Source: Botryllus schlosseri
Taxonomy: Eukaryota
Assembly: GCA_051294905.1 (NCBI GenBank)
Contig: CM119371.1
Location: 24,678,001 to 24,742,000 of the forward strand
Direction: 5' to 3'
DNA: 64,000 nucleotides
A program made the translations under genes and the position numbers. Below are positions 40,166 through 54,547 of this stretch, piece after piece. The notes beneath the pieces are model-generated. The model had not been told where the DNA came from and did no database searches. It saw only the letters and a list, made by a program, of their open reading frames with translations. How positions within the stretch are numbered: position 1 is the first letter of the stretch; the number at the start of each line of letters is the position of its first letter.

Positions 40166-40985
40166 AATGACGCCTGTAAGATGATGCAGATTTTATATAC
40201 GCATTGTCTTTCTGATCTACGGTGAGAAATGAACTGCCGTGAAAGTGACATTCACAATAAAAAACTCAAATTACTTGTCACTTGCAACCACTGACCCCAC
40301 GTCCCTGAATTAACATACCTTAAGCTGGGTATATATTGCTGTGGTGACCATGTTTGACTCCGCCTGCGCATGTGATCATGCATTCTCTCATTTAAAACGA
40401 GCATCACAACGAAAATATGTTCTCTTATAAGTGATGAAAGTCTCAAATTTTGTATGAAGCCTTTAACCTCATGATTATCAACCAAGACAACAAAGATATC
40501 AGTAACACCAAAACACGTGTTGACTGAAAAAAACGCTTGCTGTTATCAACGTCCGTTGGAAATGCTCATTGTCTTAAGCTCCGAAAAATATCACTCTAAT
40601 ACGGTGAAAAAGATGTCACGTTCAAAATATTTATTTAACTCAGGAATCGAATGTTCAAATACGGCAACCAGCATCATTAGTACGAGTGTTTACACTGTAA
40701 ATGTGTCGCAGACAACGAATCCCATGTAGATAGTTCGAATGAGTGATACAATGACGTCACATATTTGAAATTGTGACGTAACATTTAATTTACATGTATG
40801 GCTCTTTGGGAGTTGAAATGGTAAAATAGGGCCAATATTGCAGTTCGGGCGAAAAAGATTCCCGACCCCTGCATAGGGAAATATTGTTGATTGAAAAGTT
40901 TCATTTTTCCTCCATGTTGCGAAATCGGACGTGTTGGCCTCCAATATTCTTTCATTCTACGCGTATTTCTTGAACATGTGTCCAG

Positions 40986-41148
40986 GAATTTTGCTGCGCA
41001 CTTCATGTCGCTAGTCTCGACCGATCGAATATGAACAGATTCATTTCGAATGATCTAAACGAGAATGGAATGGAGTTGACTAGACAACTTTTTTACGGAT
41101 TGATTCTCAATGATAAAGTCACTAATCAAATGAGGAAGTTCCTGACGG
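40986..41148 (+). CDS. NLR winged-helix/HD2 exon (EFCCALHVASL...QLFYGL...)
   Basis: Splicing to the NACHT exon rebuilds the conserved FSHQTMQ|EFCCALH motif; G|GTAAGT donor. Confidence 0.88.
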
Positions 41149-41302
41149 GTAAGTTTATGTGTCCGTGTTATCCGAATGAGCTTATATTCTTCCATATATT
41201 TCACCGTGTTTTCGCTTGGGTCTTAGTGACGGTAGAATGCACTACTCACCTCCCCATGTTTCCAGAAAGGTGACAGTAAGATGCAATACTGTTTCTCTAC
41301 GA

Positions 41303-42533
41303 CTGTGGTTCCTAACATTTTTCACCCCGTGTACCAATTCGAGGTTTTATGCAGTGCTCACGTACCACCTACATAGGTTACGCGCGCCGTAGGCAGTCAA
41401 AAATGTTTTCACCGCGTTGAGCTGCCGTAGCAGCGAAATAGAGAATAAACTGTCCATTTTAAGGTGCAGTATATGATTTCTGTAATCGATCCATTTGGAA
41501 TTCTTGTGGTCAAATATATTTAAACGGAATTTGGTTAGGTAAGAAATAATAATTCCAATACTTTACGACTAGATAACTTCCCCGTAGGTCAGGGTTGGCC
41601 ATCCTTTTAGCCATTCACGCGGCCGCATGTTACCTGCTCATGTAGCCCATGGCCGCATTCCAGAGCATAGTCGTAATTAAGTATAGTTGGACGCCAAATG
41701 CCGACGTTAGAGTGTCTATGTCTGTTCCTGGTGAACTCCGGGCAAATCCATTTAATGATATAGGCTGGCTATAGGCTACGCACCAACATCGTGAGTGGTC
41801 ACTGGTGATATTATGGGACTGCACGAATTGCCGCACCGAGCGCGAAATTTATTGATTTACTAATGAATTTCGTGAATAATATACATAGTTTACATATTAC
41901 TATCAAACATTTATCCCTTCTCAGTCCATGGATGTGGTCATAGTCACCGGTAGAGTTGGTAGAGGGGGTATTTTCGAAGATTTAAGGAAAGTTATAAATC
42001 ATGATGCATCTTCGGGCGGGCCAATTATTATTAGCTACTTTGTTACATGCTGTTATATCTTGACCTCCCATCAGGATTGTCGGTATAGTTAGGTGTACAC
42101 GATTCCGAGTTGGTATTTCTATATAGGGCGTATCATTTAGGCTTACCTCTACTCTTCGAATCTGAAATGTGGGGCTCTAATTGCAAAGGGCCCTACTATA
42201 TTAAAATCGAAAAATGAAGACACTTGAATCGTGCCCAGCGCGAAGAAAATCTATCGATTAACTAAAATCTATCAAGAAATCGGGAGTAAATTCGTAAATT
42301 CAAATTTCATGCCGATGGCCGCATGCGGTCGCATCTGGGCCAGCCCTGCCGTAGGCCGTCATTGGCGGGATTGCCCCTACCCACGACGACGACGGCTTCA
42401 AAAAACTTTAACTCAACCCCAACTGAACTGATAACTCTATGCCGTCGAAAAAAAAAAATAATCTACTCGCGTACCTCCTGAAAGATGTTCGCCTACCACT
42501 AGTGGTACGCGTACCACAGGTTGGGAACCACTG
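41303..42533. mobile_element. hAT MITE carrying a nested hAT MITE (41590-42348)
   Basis: Outer TSD CTCTACGA at both ends, ending GGTTGGGAACCACTG. Inner CAGGGTTGGCC / GGCCAGCCCTG with TSD CCGTAGGT/C is an inverted relative of 57961-58748. Confidence 0.85.
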
Positions 42534-42718
42534 CTCTACGAAGATAATTACCCTAACTATTAATATGACCGGCATTTTGCTCCCTCGAATATCAGATTAA
42601 CCGAGTCCAAGCAAAATATTATAGATCGGTGATACCACCAATCCAAAGTAAACCTTACCTAAACTATTTTAACTATAGGATAATAGCTAAAATTATATTA
42701 GGATAATTTCTTATACAG

Positions 42719-42760
42719 GAACTGCCTTCTATACTCGGTCGAAGTTGACTATTTGCTTAG
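42719..42760 (+). CDS. Possible 42-nt NLR exon (phase 1-1), GTAFYTRSKLTICL
   Basis: TTTCTTATACAG acceptor and AG|GTATGT donor; optional because it is symmetric. Confidence 0.35.
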
Positions 42761-43012
42761 GTATGTTATATGCATTGAACATATTAGTTTGAAAGGGTAG
42801 AATCCGCTCATACCATGGCAAATAGCCACGTTTCACAATACTCTTTGTGTGATTTATTAGATGATAAAGTATCCCATCAGCAGCCCTGTAATTAAGGTTG
42901 ACGTCATACTATATGTTTGCGTGTAGAATTTGAACGGCGTTGCGCTTTCAAATGCAATAAATCGTTTCCCTTCATCAGTATTAACACTTTCATGGCCCTG
43001 TATTACTGGCAG

Positions 43013-43332
43013 GTCGCAAAACCCCAATCAGGGATTGTCGCGAGATGTTGTTCGAAGAACTTCTTAACATGGTAACTGATGGTACAATACGGAATATCTC
43101 AACTGTTCGTCTCCTGAACGAGTGCGGAGATCACACCATTAAAAAAATGAAGCGACACGTTCAACGAGTTATCATCAATTCGGGAGACCTGCTTCACACT
43201 GACCAAATTCTACTAATAACAATGATAAAACGACTATCTCCCCTTAGAACGACGTTCGTAGAGCAAATCGATCTTGATCCATCGATGATATTGTATGTGA
43301 AAGATTGTCACGAATCTGCTGATATTTTTGAG
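43013..43332 (+). CDS. NLR HD2/linker exon (GRKTPIRDCREMLFEELL...LLNECG...DIFE)
   Basis: CTGGCAG acceptor in phase 1, GAG|GTATGT donor in phase 0; overlaps ORF 43045. Confidence 0.8.
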
Positions 43333-44142
43333 GTATGTGAAATTCTATCGAATCAAGTTTTCGTAGGTAAATTTATATTTTATTCTTCAAAATTGTTTCT
43401 TTATGATATATTGCTTTCAATAAGCTTATATCCTGTAAAAAGGCTGGTTACGAGATTATGGATTCCGTGAAACAAATGCATTTCGCTGATGTGATGACAA
43501 TCCTAAACCGGTCGAAATTATGGTACGTCCGCCTTCGATGCGATGATGATGTCAAACTTTTATTTCTCATTGATTGGATAAAAAGATCACAGGTATTCCA
43601 TTTTACAATTTTCGTTGTTAGACATAGATAGGGCCATTGGCAAAGGACTATTCTATGAATCTGCAAATGCTGATATTTAATAATGGTTCGGCAGTTGTGA
43701 ATGGAATGACACTGTTTCCGAATATGGGTAACCCACGGATACCCTTATCGTTAAAATTGGCAATTGATTTAACAAAACCAAACACTGACAATATACGACC
43801 TATGCAGGCGGAATATTGGTATGGCTAGGTTTAGGACTTCTACAAGCCAGTGACCCAACCATATCCACGAATCCAGTAAATGATGACAATCTTGTAGTTT
43901 GGCATCTTTACTATAATGTCGGATGCCTACACCCTCTCCCTCCGTCTATCCTTTTGGATATTGTCTTACCAACTTTTTTGCACGTGTCACGCATTGACTA
44001 TAGTAGCCTACACAAGAAAGTTAACCTAGACAACCACAATATAAAAAAGTATGAAAATATCGTTTTCATACGACGGGAATCCACTTTCAGAACAAATATG
44101 ATATAATCTGGTTGATTAAAACATTATCTTCATCTAATTCAG

Positions 44143-44316
44143 ATTCACCTGTATAACCTTGGCTTGTTAAGAATAACGCAAATTGACACGCTGAAATGTT
44201 TGTTCAAATTTCTGTCGATACACTCATTACGAAATCTGCGTTTGAACATAAATTCTGTTATAATTGGATCACAATTCAAAGATGTTCTTTCATCTCGTGG
44301 ACCGATGACAAGGAAG
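44143..44316 (+). CDS. NLR LRR-type exon (174 nt)
   Basis: IHLYNLGLL...SLRNLRLNIN; phase 0-0; AAG|GTGAGA donor. Confidence 0.75.
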
Positions 44317-45348
44317 GTGAGAATTTCAATTATTCAATCTTACTACTAAATTGCACCATGTTGTATGTTTTTTTTTGCTAGTGAAAATATACCAAGTTGG
44401 AAGCGTCTGCGGCTTTTAGTTTAGTAAGCATGGGAGACTTCAATATTTATTAACTATACAGCAGACAGTAGGTCACAATATATTGACATGCAACGAAGTA
44501 ACTATTTCAATAGGCCCGTACGAATATGTTTATTATTTGTTACGTGCCCTAAATCTTCCAAGACGACAGCTCTTCCACAAAATCTGACAATTCTGATGAG
44601 AGGATAAAAATTTATAACAATATAGGATACATGCAATTACCAATATTATTGACCGATTCAGTCTTGAATGATCCCAAATTCTCGCGATTGGCGCAATTAG
44701 GCGATATAAACTCTCTACGTACACTGAGTAGAATGAATGTGCTCACACATACTGGTTAAAAAACCCATCCAACTGTTGGGTCTAGTGGCGACCCCCCGCG
44801 CAGTGTGGCGTATCGCCCTGTGGGGGCCCGGATTTTGTGGATGACCACTGACCAGTATAGCTGTTCTCCGATTTTTTCATGTGCCCCATTGTATTTGTAG
44901 TAGCCATAGTAGCTTACGTCCGGAGGTAGTGTGCAATGAGCAAGGTAGCACGATAAGATGCTTGGTTCGACTCTGAAACGCTTCTTCTCGTGATATTGCC
45001 AAAGAGAAGAATATTATTCGAGTGGGCGTGGTCGGTTAAATCCATGGCCTTCTGCGCGATATACTGTAAATGACTCTCGGCGGTAGCACGTTTATCTGGA
45101 CACGGCAATTTTACGTCGACGTAGCAGACTAACTACCGTAAAATCCCATGGATGCAATCACGAACATAATTAATTACTATCAAAACCCTTCTAATGTCAC
45201 TCTGTAGCACCATATACTTGCAAACAAACGGTGCATACATTATATTTTGGGTTGATTTCAATTTTGGAAAGTCTACCGGTCCGCCAGATATATTTTGAAA
45301 ATTTACCGGTCTGCGAGGTGAAAAAGGTTGAGAACCACTGCTCTAGAG

Positions 45349-46888
45349 CAGGGGTTCTCAACCCGCGGCCCGCCGACGATTATTTTGCGGCCCGCGACAT
45401 CTTTCATTATAAACTCAATCATTGCTGACACGGTATTGTAACAAATTAATTTAGATACTTAGCTCTTTGATCGCACCGTCCCTGTTTCGTTTGATTACTA
45501 ATTTTTGAATGCAGTGGTTCTCAAACTGGGAGGCGCGCCTCTTAGGAGCATGAAAGCATCTGAAAAGGGTGCGACCCTGCGGTCAACTGGAAAGAATTTC
45601 GCGCTGCGCGCAATTTGTCTTCAGTTCATAGTTATTTCTCTGTGTATAGTCCGAATTTCATATTTGAGAATTCTCTCATCAACAGTCATAACCTTCCATG
45701 CCATCAAACTAGCCATTTGTAGCATTCTGGTTGCATTTTGTTATATGACGATAATGGGGCTCGAAATTATTCTCTATCAAAAAGGGGGTGTGTCTGAAAA
45801 AGTTTGAGAACCACTGCTTTAATCTGCTCTCGTTTCTTGATATATGCTCGACTTCAGATTGTTATTGTTTTGAATCGGTATTCTGCTGGACTCTGGTTCA
45901 AGAGAATCCCGCTACGTAGTTGGACTGCAATTTTGAAGAGTGTTTGACTCACTGCGAACAGTTGTTGAGATCGCCGACAACGTCATAGACGCATCGTTCA
46001 AAATTACTTGGAATATCGCTAAATCCTAGAAATCTGCTACAGAAGGTGCGATTTCAATAAGACCTTAACATACTGTGCGAATATTTGCTGTTTCCGGAAC
46101 CTAGCAGCAAAGACAATATCACCTGACAAATTTCGAAGATACAGTCGTCTGATTCAATCGTGTCCACACGAGTTACGTCAATGTCAGTCGGTCGCATGTT
46201 CTGAAACACGTTGCCGCGTAGACTGCTTCAACCCAACCTCGGACAAATCCACCGACATTGCATAACTAATTTTCTGGTTGAATTTTATCGGAGTGGACCT
46301 GGACATATATGAAGAGGAAACGCTTGCTGGGCAAAAGTTGTGAGGGGGCCAGCGAAAAATATTAACTTGGAAAGCTAACTCTGTAACTGTTGATGTAGGG
46401 CCCCAGGCATGGAAGGAAAAGAGAATGGTTGATTGGTTTGCTCAGAAATGGCCCCGAACGCCAGACTTCCTCTCATATCACTCAGAGCTCAGTGTGATAA
46501 TGGCCTCTGTAACGCAGAAGTTACCTTAATTTTATAATTGCTCACTCAAGCATTGAAACAGAGAGTTCGGTTCTCTGGTGGAAGGGTTTCAAGTTGCATG
46601 TACCGACTTGGCAATGAATGCAATGCACGCTGCATGAAGGGATTTAATTGCGGCGCTGGAAGATATGTATTCTCACAATAAGCAGCAGCTGCAAACTTAT
46701 GAGCGCTGTCCATTGATTCTTAATGATGCATAAAAATGTACTAAATGCCCGTATACGAGTGGTAAATAGGCTACAGTAGCCTAAATTTAATTGTAGCCCA
46801 CAAATACACGGGAATATTGTTCTGCGGCCCGCAGCGTCTTTTGCTGTTGAAATGCGGCCCGTTACACAAGAGAAGTTGAGAACCCCTG
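45349..46888. mobile_element. Charlie/Buster-type hAT remnant with nested MITE (45512-45816)
   Basis: TIR CAGGGGTTCTCAAC / GTTGAGAACCCCTG; perfect TSD CTCTAGAG; minus-strand VHCIHCQ resembles the hAT CxxH motif. Confidence 0.85.
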
Positions 46889-47424
46889 CTCTAGAGCATC
46901 GTTTGCAAACCTCTCATGGATCATTTGTCTCCGCTAGCTCACACAGCACCAGATGTAGTGGTCTATAATTCATCTAATAATCATACCGCTCACCCATAAA
47001 AATATTAAATGTCGCCACCATTTGTTATCAGAATTTATATGACAACAACATTGTAGGTAATAATCAAGCGAGCGAGGAATCAAAATATTATAATATTCAA
47101 ACGTCAACGGAACCATAAGTCGACACGTTGAAGCACTTCATCTCAGGCATGTGGGGAAATGTCTAAATTTTATTAATATTTATATGTGGCCAAGTGTATT
47201 TGGATTCATTTAACTGACTTCTATGTTCGTTCGTTCTGAAATATTCATGCCTTGATCTCTTTGTACAGCGCGTAAGGTACAAAGAGAATTAATCAGGAAT
47301 TTAGTAGACTCAACTATATTCTCATGAATCTATGCTATGCTATTTATTACTACCTATAATACCACATATTCCTTTGCTGCTTTCTTCAGCTTTGTTCCAT
47401 TATGCTACGAAACACTTTCTTTAG

Positions 47425-47592
47425 GTTGACCAAATGACGATTGAAGATAAATCAATTACGTGTGAAAAAGTTGAAGCTTATTTAGGTATTTTCCGGCGCT
47501 GCAAATTCACGATGCTGGGTCTATCTAACTGTGATCTCACCGACAAAGACGTTGACATGATTTTACAATTTTGTCGCGGTCATGCTATTAAG
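47425..47592 (+). CDS. NLR LRR-type exon (168 nt)
   Basis: VDQMTIEDK...MLGLSNCDLTDKDVDMI; phase 0-0; AAG|GTAAGG donor. Confidence 0.85.
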
Positions 47593-48354
47593 GTAAGGAC
47601 TCAGCTTATATTTATCTTTATATGCTATAATATAGAGCACATTTCGGAACAGAGAAAATTCATGAGTATATTAGATACATTTGTAAATCCGACGTGCTAA
47701 AATTGTCAAAATCGTTTAGCTGATCTATTTATGAGACATATGGCATATTTTAAATTAATATACCTGCTGTCCGGTGGTGGGATTCTAATTTTTCAGCAGT
47801 AATCTATCACAAAGATAATTTCCAATCAAGGATAATCCGAGAAATATCAACGAAAAACTCCAATAACTTCGCTGCTACTAGTTTGAATTGAGTCAAATTT
47901 GTTTTGCATCGTCTCTGAAGACAGCAAAACAATTTCATGGGGTTGACAGAAAAATTTGATTTTTTTTTTAATTTTTCTGTTTAAATTAAAATATTTAATT
48001 GGATCTGCGGAGCCCTATACTTGTTAGAATTGAACCAAATTTTAGGGTAACCTGACAATTTGATAACTGAACCACTGGAATCCAGAAAAATAAGTTATTT
48101 TTTAACAGCCCTAATGGCCATATATAGCGAAGGCTCTGCGAAATTCGAATTCACCTCTGTGCTTTTGCTTTGTGAATGCCTAGCCGGGGCTTGCCCCGGT
48201 AGCGCTCATAACAAGCTCTCACTGCCTGTTTTCTCAAAACCACTCACAATAAAGAAACGGTGACTTACTCTCTCCTATTCATAAAATTACCGAGCAAGTG
48301 GAGGCAACCTTGCCTTGTTGCCCCTAAGGTGTGATGTAGCAATCGTATCTATAT

Positions 48355-51300
48355 CAGTGATGAGCATCGGAGCGGAGTCGGAGTGTATTCGGAGCGGAGT
48401 TTTGCCAATTTTGTGATACTTGGAGTGGAGTTTTGCCAATTTTGTGGTACTTGGAGTGGAGTCGGAGTTTACTACAGATATTTGTCCGGAGTTTTCCGGA
48501 GTGTTGTAAGTTTGCCCACGATATCTTTCGATAGCTCTGACCAGAAGACACTATTGATTACAAACCAAAACACAGACAGCTGACACCTTGTAAAGTTGTA
48601 ATATGACGGGTAACATGCAAAAATGATTGCCAAGTGCACAAAAATCAGCCATCTGTACTGCAATTGGGGACTGGAGAGTAACCCAGTGATCTAGTAAGGC
48701 ATTTTCGTTGAGCAGTCAGTGTCTGTAGTTCAAAAAATTGAAGGCACCCAATATCATTCGCAGTGCATCATTTGCTCCGTGCCTTGAGATGCAGTCTTTG
48801 AATCCACAGCTGAATGTCACCATATTATGAGATAAGATCTCCAGAATCTTCCACGTTGCTGTCATTGCAGTCTTCTATAGTGACATCCCTCCTTGCGTAT
48901 TTGTTTCGTGACTGATTTCATGCCACCCCAGTTATTGTGCGAAACATTTACAATCAGCAACATACAGCGGGGCTTCCCTATGGTACAACCTTTAGCTACC
49001 CTGATGACATTCAACATAGTAATAGGTCCATTTTGTGAAAATGTATTCCCAATGTGGTATCAGTTGAAACAAGATAATATCCGATACCACTTTTGTGATA
49101 ACTTTTCGCAACTTTCGTCGTACTTGCAATTGGCAGTGAGAGATATCGATAATAAGTATTACATCAATATAACTTTTATATCTGTGAGAAATATACATAC
49201 AACAAGCAAGTTTCTGGATGGAAACAATAATAACTTATGCAATGTTTACAATGATTTAATGACATTGCGACGAATTTTCGCTAATAAGATCCGCTCACAT
49301 AGGCATACCAGCATCTAAGCCCGCTTTAAAGACTTCAACAATACATAAATCACTAAGGTAAGCTGATCTCACCCTGTAACAACAAAATATTCCGAATTTC
49401 TTAACAGCCACACTAAATAACTACAACCGTCTGCAACTACTGGAAACTTCAATATTGATTGACGTAATCAGTCATCCAGAACTCTTCTGAATTTTCGTCA
49501 TGTAATGTTTGGTTTGATTGAGAAATGACTTTGATGTGATGAGAAAAATCAACACCGCAATCAAGTTTCTGCTGCTGGTCTGTCTCAGACTCCAAATTTC
49601 AGATACCATGTATCAGCTTTAAAATTGGAAGTCACTAGTCATTTAGTCAACTCCAAGGAGCGTCGATCGGTGCGTCAGTGATGCATCATATATATGTTTA
49701 GTGTAGTGCTGTCCATCAACTGTTTCATGGCGATGCGGAACTTAATTTACTGAAACCTGTGATGTGATCGTCGATTTCAGTGGTGTTAGTGGTAGTTAGT
49801 TCGAACTGATTGGTCTTCCTTCGTCGTTCTAATATAATGGCTGAAGCACCGTCGACGTCAAGTGGGTTACCCACAAAGACGCAGAAAAAGAGTGACGTGT
49901 GGAAGGATTTCACTCTGATGCTGCGTGATAATAATGGCCAGTATACTGGGTTTGCGAGATGTCAAAATTGCAATGATCACGTAAAGCAAGGGTCGGCAAC
50001 CTACGGCCCGCGGGCCGGATCCGGCCCGCCAAGCGAAATCGTCCGGCCCGCGACGAAATAATTATTTACCACAAGAATACGGCCCGCGGTTTCGTAATGA
50101 GTTCCAATCTGCAGTGCAGCACTGCTTGGAAAGACTGAGGCATTTCTCCGATATAAAGTATCCTACGTCGTATTAGTCTATTGTTACGCCATAAAACTGG
50201 TACGTAGGCGGTTTACTAATAGCGTACCTCGTACTTAAAGTAGTAGATGGAGAATGTCTGTAGAGTAGACCAGACCAGTGCTTATCTAGCGGGTGTATCG
50301 CGCAACCGAAGGTATACCATACTTTTGGGTTTGCCACTCAGATAGGGTGCGACAATAAAGGTGTCGTTCCTCTGCTCAGATGCAATGACAAATCTCAAAC
50401 TTTCCCTGTTTCATTATAGATAACTAGCCTCCGTATGTTAGTCATCTGTAGTTTAATTCACCAGAAGACATTTTACGCCAAGACAACAAACCTGAATAGC
50501 GTTTTGGACACAATGGTGAAAGCTTATTTTGTCTCACGAACTGAATCACCGACAGTTAGCCTACCTCAGATATTACTAGAAGCAGAGCATCAATATGGCG
50601 ATGTCTTGTATATTTGCCATGTTCGCGCATGAAGTCGAGAAGCTATGCTTGCACGACTGTATGAACTGATAAATGAAATACAAACATAGCCGACTCATAA
50701 TCTTGTCATCGCAAATGGGTATCTAATCTCGCTTTCGTAGTGCATTTAACGTCCCATCTAAACAAATTGAATTTGCAACTTCAGGGAGAAACATCTAAAT
50801 ACATGAGATGTTGAGACGCATTCGCAACAAAACTGCGACTCTGGGAAAGTCAACAGTACAAATAAAATTATGCTCACTTTCCTATAATGGAGGAGAGTAA
50901 ACCTAGTACCAGCACTATTCATTTGTAACTGTGATATACGAAATTTAATTACTGAATTTGCACTCGCTTTTCCGACATTCGTTCTGTACAAAATAAATTC
51001 TGACTACTCAGTATTCCGTTTAGTGTAGACGCCAATACCTTTGCCAGAAAATTTCAAATGGGCCCATTTGAAATGCGATGCAGTTGAATTGAATGACAAA
51101 TTTCATACAGAGAGCACATCGCTGAATGACTTTGACAAAGAGTACGTTCTCGATATGGATCTTCATCCCAGCTTGACCAACAATGCAAAAGAAATGGCAT
51201 CGACCTTTGGTAGCACGTACGCATCTGACCAATAGTTTTCAACAATGAAATTCACGAAGAGCAAGATAAGATCACGTATTCCTATGCCCATTTAGAACAT

Positions 51301-52351
51301 GGCCTGATTCTTGCTTCATCTGACTCGTTACCAGAAGTTGAAAACCTTTCACAAAGCAAGCTGCGCCAAGTGTCACATTTATCCTGCGTTGTTGAAGAGT
51401 AAATACATGTGTTTTGCTCTTTTTCTGATTTGTATGATTGAGATTGCAGCATTGTAGGGTAATATACCGACGTGAGCGTTAAATATAGTATTAAGAAAAA
51501 TTCCGGCCCGCCAAAATGTTGTGCACTCTAAATTTGGCCCGCGACTATCAAAAGGTTGCCGACCCCTGACCTAAAGCATCACAAGTTGACAAGTGGTACG
51601 TCGCATCTTCGAAGACATATCGAAGCGTGTAAGAAGAATTGATCGCAGTTGAAGAAAGTTCCTTTCTTTCTTCCAACAAAAAAGTAAGCAAGAAATCAAA
51701 GGAGAAGATGATCATGGGGAACACTGATCGCCGGGTGGAGAATGCAGAAGTGCCGGTTTGCCGTGGTGTTGTCTCCTTTGTAGCTCATGATATGAGACCA
51801 CTGAGCTCTGTTGAGGGGAAGGCTGATGTCTTGATCGAAATAGGGGCAATGCATGGCAAAGTGAGTGCAGAAGACGTTTTGCCATCCAGATTTACGGTGA
51901 AACGTAAGTTGGATGAGCATGAGGAGGCTTCGTCTTTGAAGCAAAAGCTGTCAGAGGAACTAAGAGTTGCTATCAAGTCTTATGGGCTGGCTGGCATCAC
52001 CACAGATATGTGGACCGATCTAAAGGGTCGCAGTTCTATTAGCTTGACTGTCCATTTTGTCGGAGAGAACTTGACTCTCAGAAGTAATGTTGTGACTGTT
52101 CGGCAATTCACGGATACTAAAAAAACTGGTCTGAATATCAGACAGGCTATCGAAAGCATCGATTGGGATTGTTCGACAATGTTTTTGAATAACTACCTCT
52201 ACCGATATGGATGTTTTGGAGACTGGACAGGATTCTTCGGGTTATCTCGGAGTCTGGGATTGAGATCCCCGGAGTCGGAGGGACTTTGCCTCAGTGACTA
52301 AAGTTGTCGGAGGGACTCGGAGTCTCGAAAAGCAGTCTCCGCTCATCACTG
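48355..52351 (+). mobile_element. Internally deleted hAT (Ac-like) transposon with BED-finger transposase pseudogene
   Basis: TIR CAGTGATGAGC / GCTCATCACTG; perfect TSD ATCTATAT. The BED finger SDVWKDF..ARCQNC|..GTSHLRRHIEAC is split by an insertion. Also DMRPLSSVEG, LPSRFTV, and ITTDMWTD..SLTVHF (first catalytic D). Confidence 0.9.
49987..51568 (+). mobile_element. Charlie/Buster (GTF2IRD2-like) hAT remnant inserted in the BED finger
   Basis: TIR CAAGGGTCGGCAACC / GGTTGCCGACCCCTG; TSD ACGTAAAG / ACCTAAAG; fragments LIHQ, YGDVLY..VR and STFGSTY. Confidence 0.88.
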
Positions 52352-54379
52352 ATCTATATATGAACTTGGTTACCATCATATGCCTTGAGTCGACATTTGC
52401 CGGTATAGGTCGATTTTGACGGTGTCTTGAACCATGGTAATTCGTGAAACTTGGTATGTTATTTCGTGAAGGTGTTATTTAACACTGCTTCAAGTTTCGC
52501 GCTTGCTACTTGAAGACTAGGGTAGTAATTTCGTTCCCGAATTCACTGTGTGCTAATCCAGCATGTGCAGCAAACAGATGTTCCTCAAAAGCTGGTATTG
52601 GTCTCCATTGATTTTGACAATGTTCAATACCGAGATCGGTCATGACATTTGGTACGGTAAGTCTTAATGTTAGTATAGACCGCTGTAACAAGTTTTAAGT
52701 TTGTCACTGAACTACGTGGGTGGTAATTTCGTTTCCTCGGTCGAGTGAGAGTCGACTCGTCATTTATCGCTAACAGATTTACGCCAAAGGCGCTACTGGT
52801 CTCAATCGATTTTAACGATGCTCCATACCTTTTGAAAGGAATGTCTTGATTTTAGTATGACACGTGGCGACAAGTCTCAACGTTGACACTCAATGTAAGA
52901 TTCTCGGTTTGCATTCAAATATTACTAAAGTTTATGTTCTTCAATGTTCATTTCACTGTGGAATTGTGGCCTTCAAACCATTTGCTTACAATCCCCTGTC
53001 AGATGTGATGGCTATTTCATTTGCGATGTCAGCTAACAACTGATCACTCGATCGGCGTATTCCTCAATCTATTTTATTCAAATATCGGTCGGTGTTCTTC
53101 ATTCCGTTTTGATCTTGACAGTGTACCATGACGGAATGGGTCATTAGATTGCGTATGCTACTTCTCGATGATTTCATGTAAAAGTGTACTAAGTTTACGG
53201 CTTTCATTCACGTATTTATTCGGTAAAATATTTTCCAACGGAGATTTCGCAGCAGACAGTAAGACAGTAAGCCGTATGTGTTGTGTCACAGTCTCCAGTT
53301 TCAAGGCCAAAATCTCCTATATGTTGTTCCGAGATCGAATTTCCAAGGCTGCTATCCTTATTTCTTCAAAGATCATTAAAAATGATGTTTTGGATTCAAT
53401 ATGACAGGCCCGATCTATGAGATAACAATTGCGTATGTGTGCGAACTCGTTGACCTTTCCACTTAGGCTTACGCAATCTCCCGAGTTCTAGTCATTTCTG
53501 CGGATAATTAGTCAGGTCAAGTGCGAATAAGAATCGTGTTGAATCTTTTCTCCGTACGCCGTTCAAGCAGTTGCCTTTAGAGCGAAAATTAGAGGTAAAG
53601 CGACTGGGTCCTTATCAGCCTAGAAATTGTCAATTGATCCAATCGTACGCCGGGTGCCATCTCTTTGGTTGCGTATCACAAGGTCGTAACACACCAGGAT
53701 CGTGCACGGGCTTAGAAAAACTAGGGCCAATCGATTTGCGTAATCTCTACCATGAAATCATAACGCATGCTACTAAGGATGCCCTGATGATTGATTCGAC
53801 GCATAGAGACGATTCTCAGTTCGCGTACATTTTGTAAAATGACCCTTTGAATAAAAAAAAGAATAAAACATTTTTACAACACATCAAGTCACGGCTCACC
53901 GGCAAACCTTTCGCGGCACCTACGTTTAAATCACTGTTGTCGGGAAATTCATGTGACCATCATAAAGTTACTTTTCTAAGTTGAAAAACGCCATTGTGAC
54001 GTAATTTTGATAAAATTTCGCTTGAAGCCCTTGCCCCACCACTCGATACTGTCCCGAGCCGCCACTGTTTTTTAGCCGTTAGAAGACACAAAAAAAGTAA
54101 ATCGACTTAAGCTACATTTATTGTAAAGCATTAGGTTATTGTAATAATTCTGTTTCGAAGCTCTCAGCAACCTTTGAAAATTCGTTGAACAATTTAAACT
54201 GCAAAACAAATTAAAGTACTGTGCAGTATTTTTTCGTTGTATCGACCGATGTTCTGCATCAATCATTATTTATTGATAATTTCGGTTGACTAAGAGATGA
54301 ATGTCAGGAATTGCAGCGAGCGATCATGTGCTTTCGAGTAATCGCAACTGTGAGGTTGCCATGTTATATTGTTATTCAG

Positions 54380-54547
54380 CTTTCCAGACTGTCGATATGG
54401 GATGGCACGATGAAGGCAAATGTATATAGTGACGTCGCGAATATTGCCAGTATCACGGGTTGTTCGAGAGTATTTTTTGGAAACTGTGATTTGACGAAAC
54501 AGAAGTTGGGATGCTTTACGGCAACCTGCGTGCAAAATCAAAAATCG
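54380..54547 (+). CDS. NLR LRR-type exon A (168 nt)
   Basis: LSRLSIWDGTM...FGNCDLTKQKLGCF; TTCAG acceptor, G|GTAAGT donor, phase 0-0. Confidence 0.85.

Larger units (their letters stand above)
48115..54067. mobile_element. 5'-truncated copy of the 15179-17710 hAT family hosting nested elements
   Basis: Colinear homology with about 15327-17710; ends CGAGCCGCCACTG; LPLERKLEVKRLGPYQP at 53571 resembles the N-terminus of Tip100/ZMYM1-like transposases. Confidence 0.85.
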
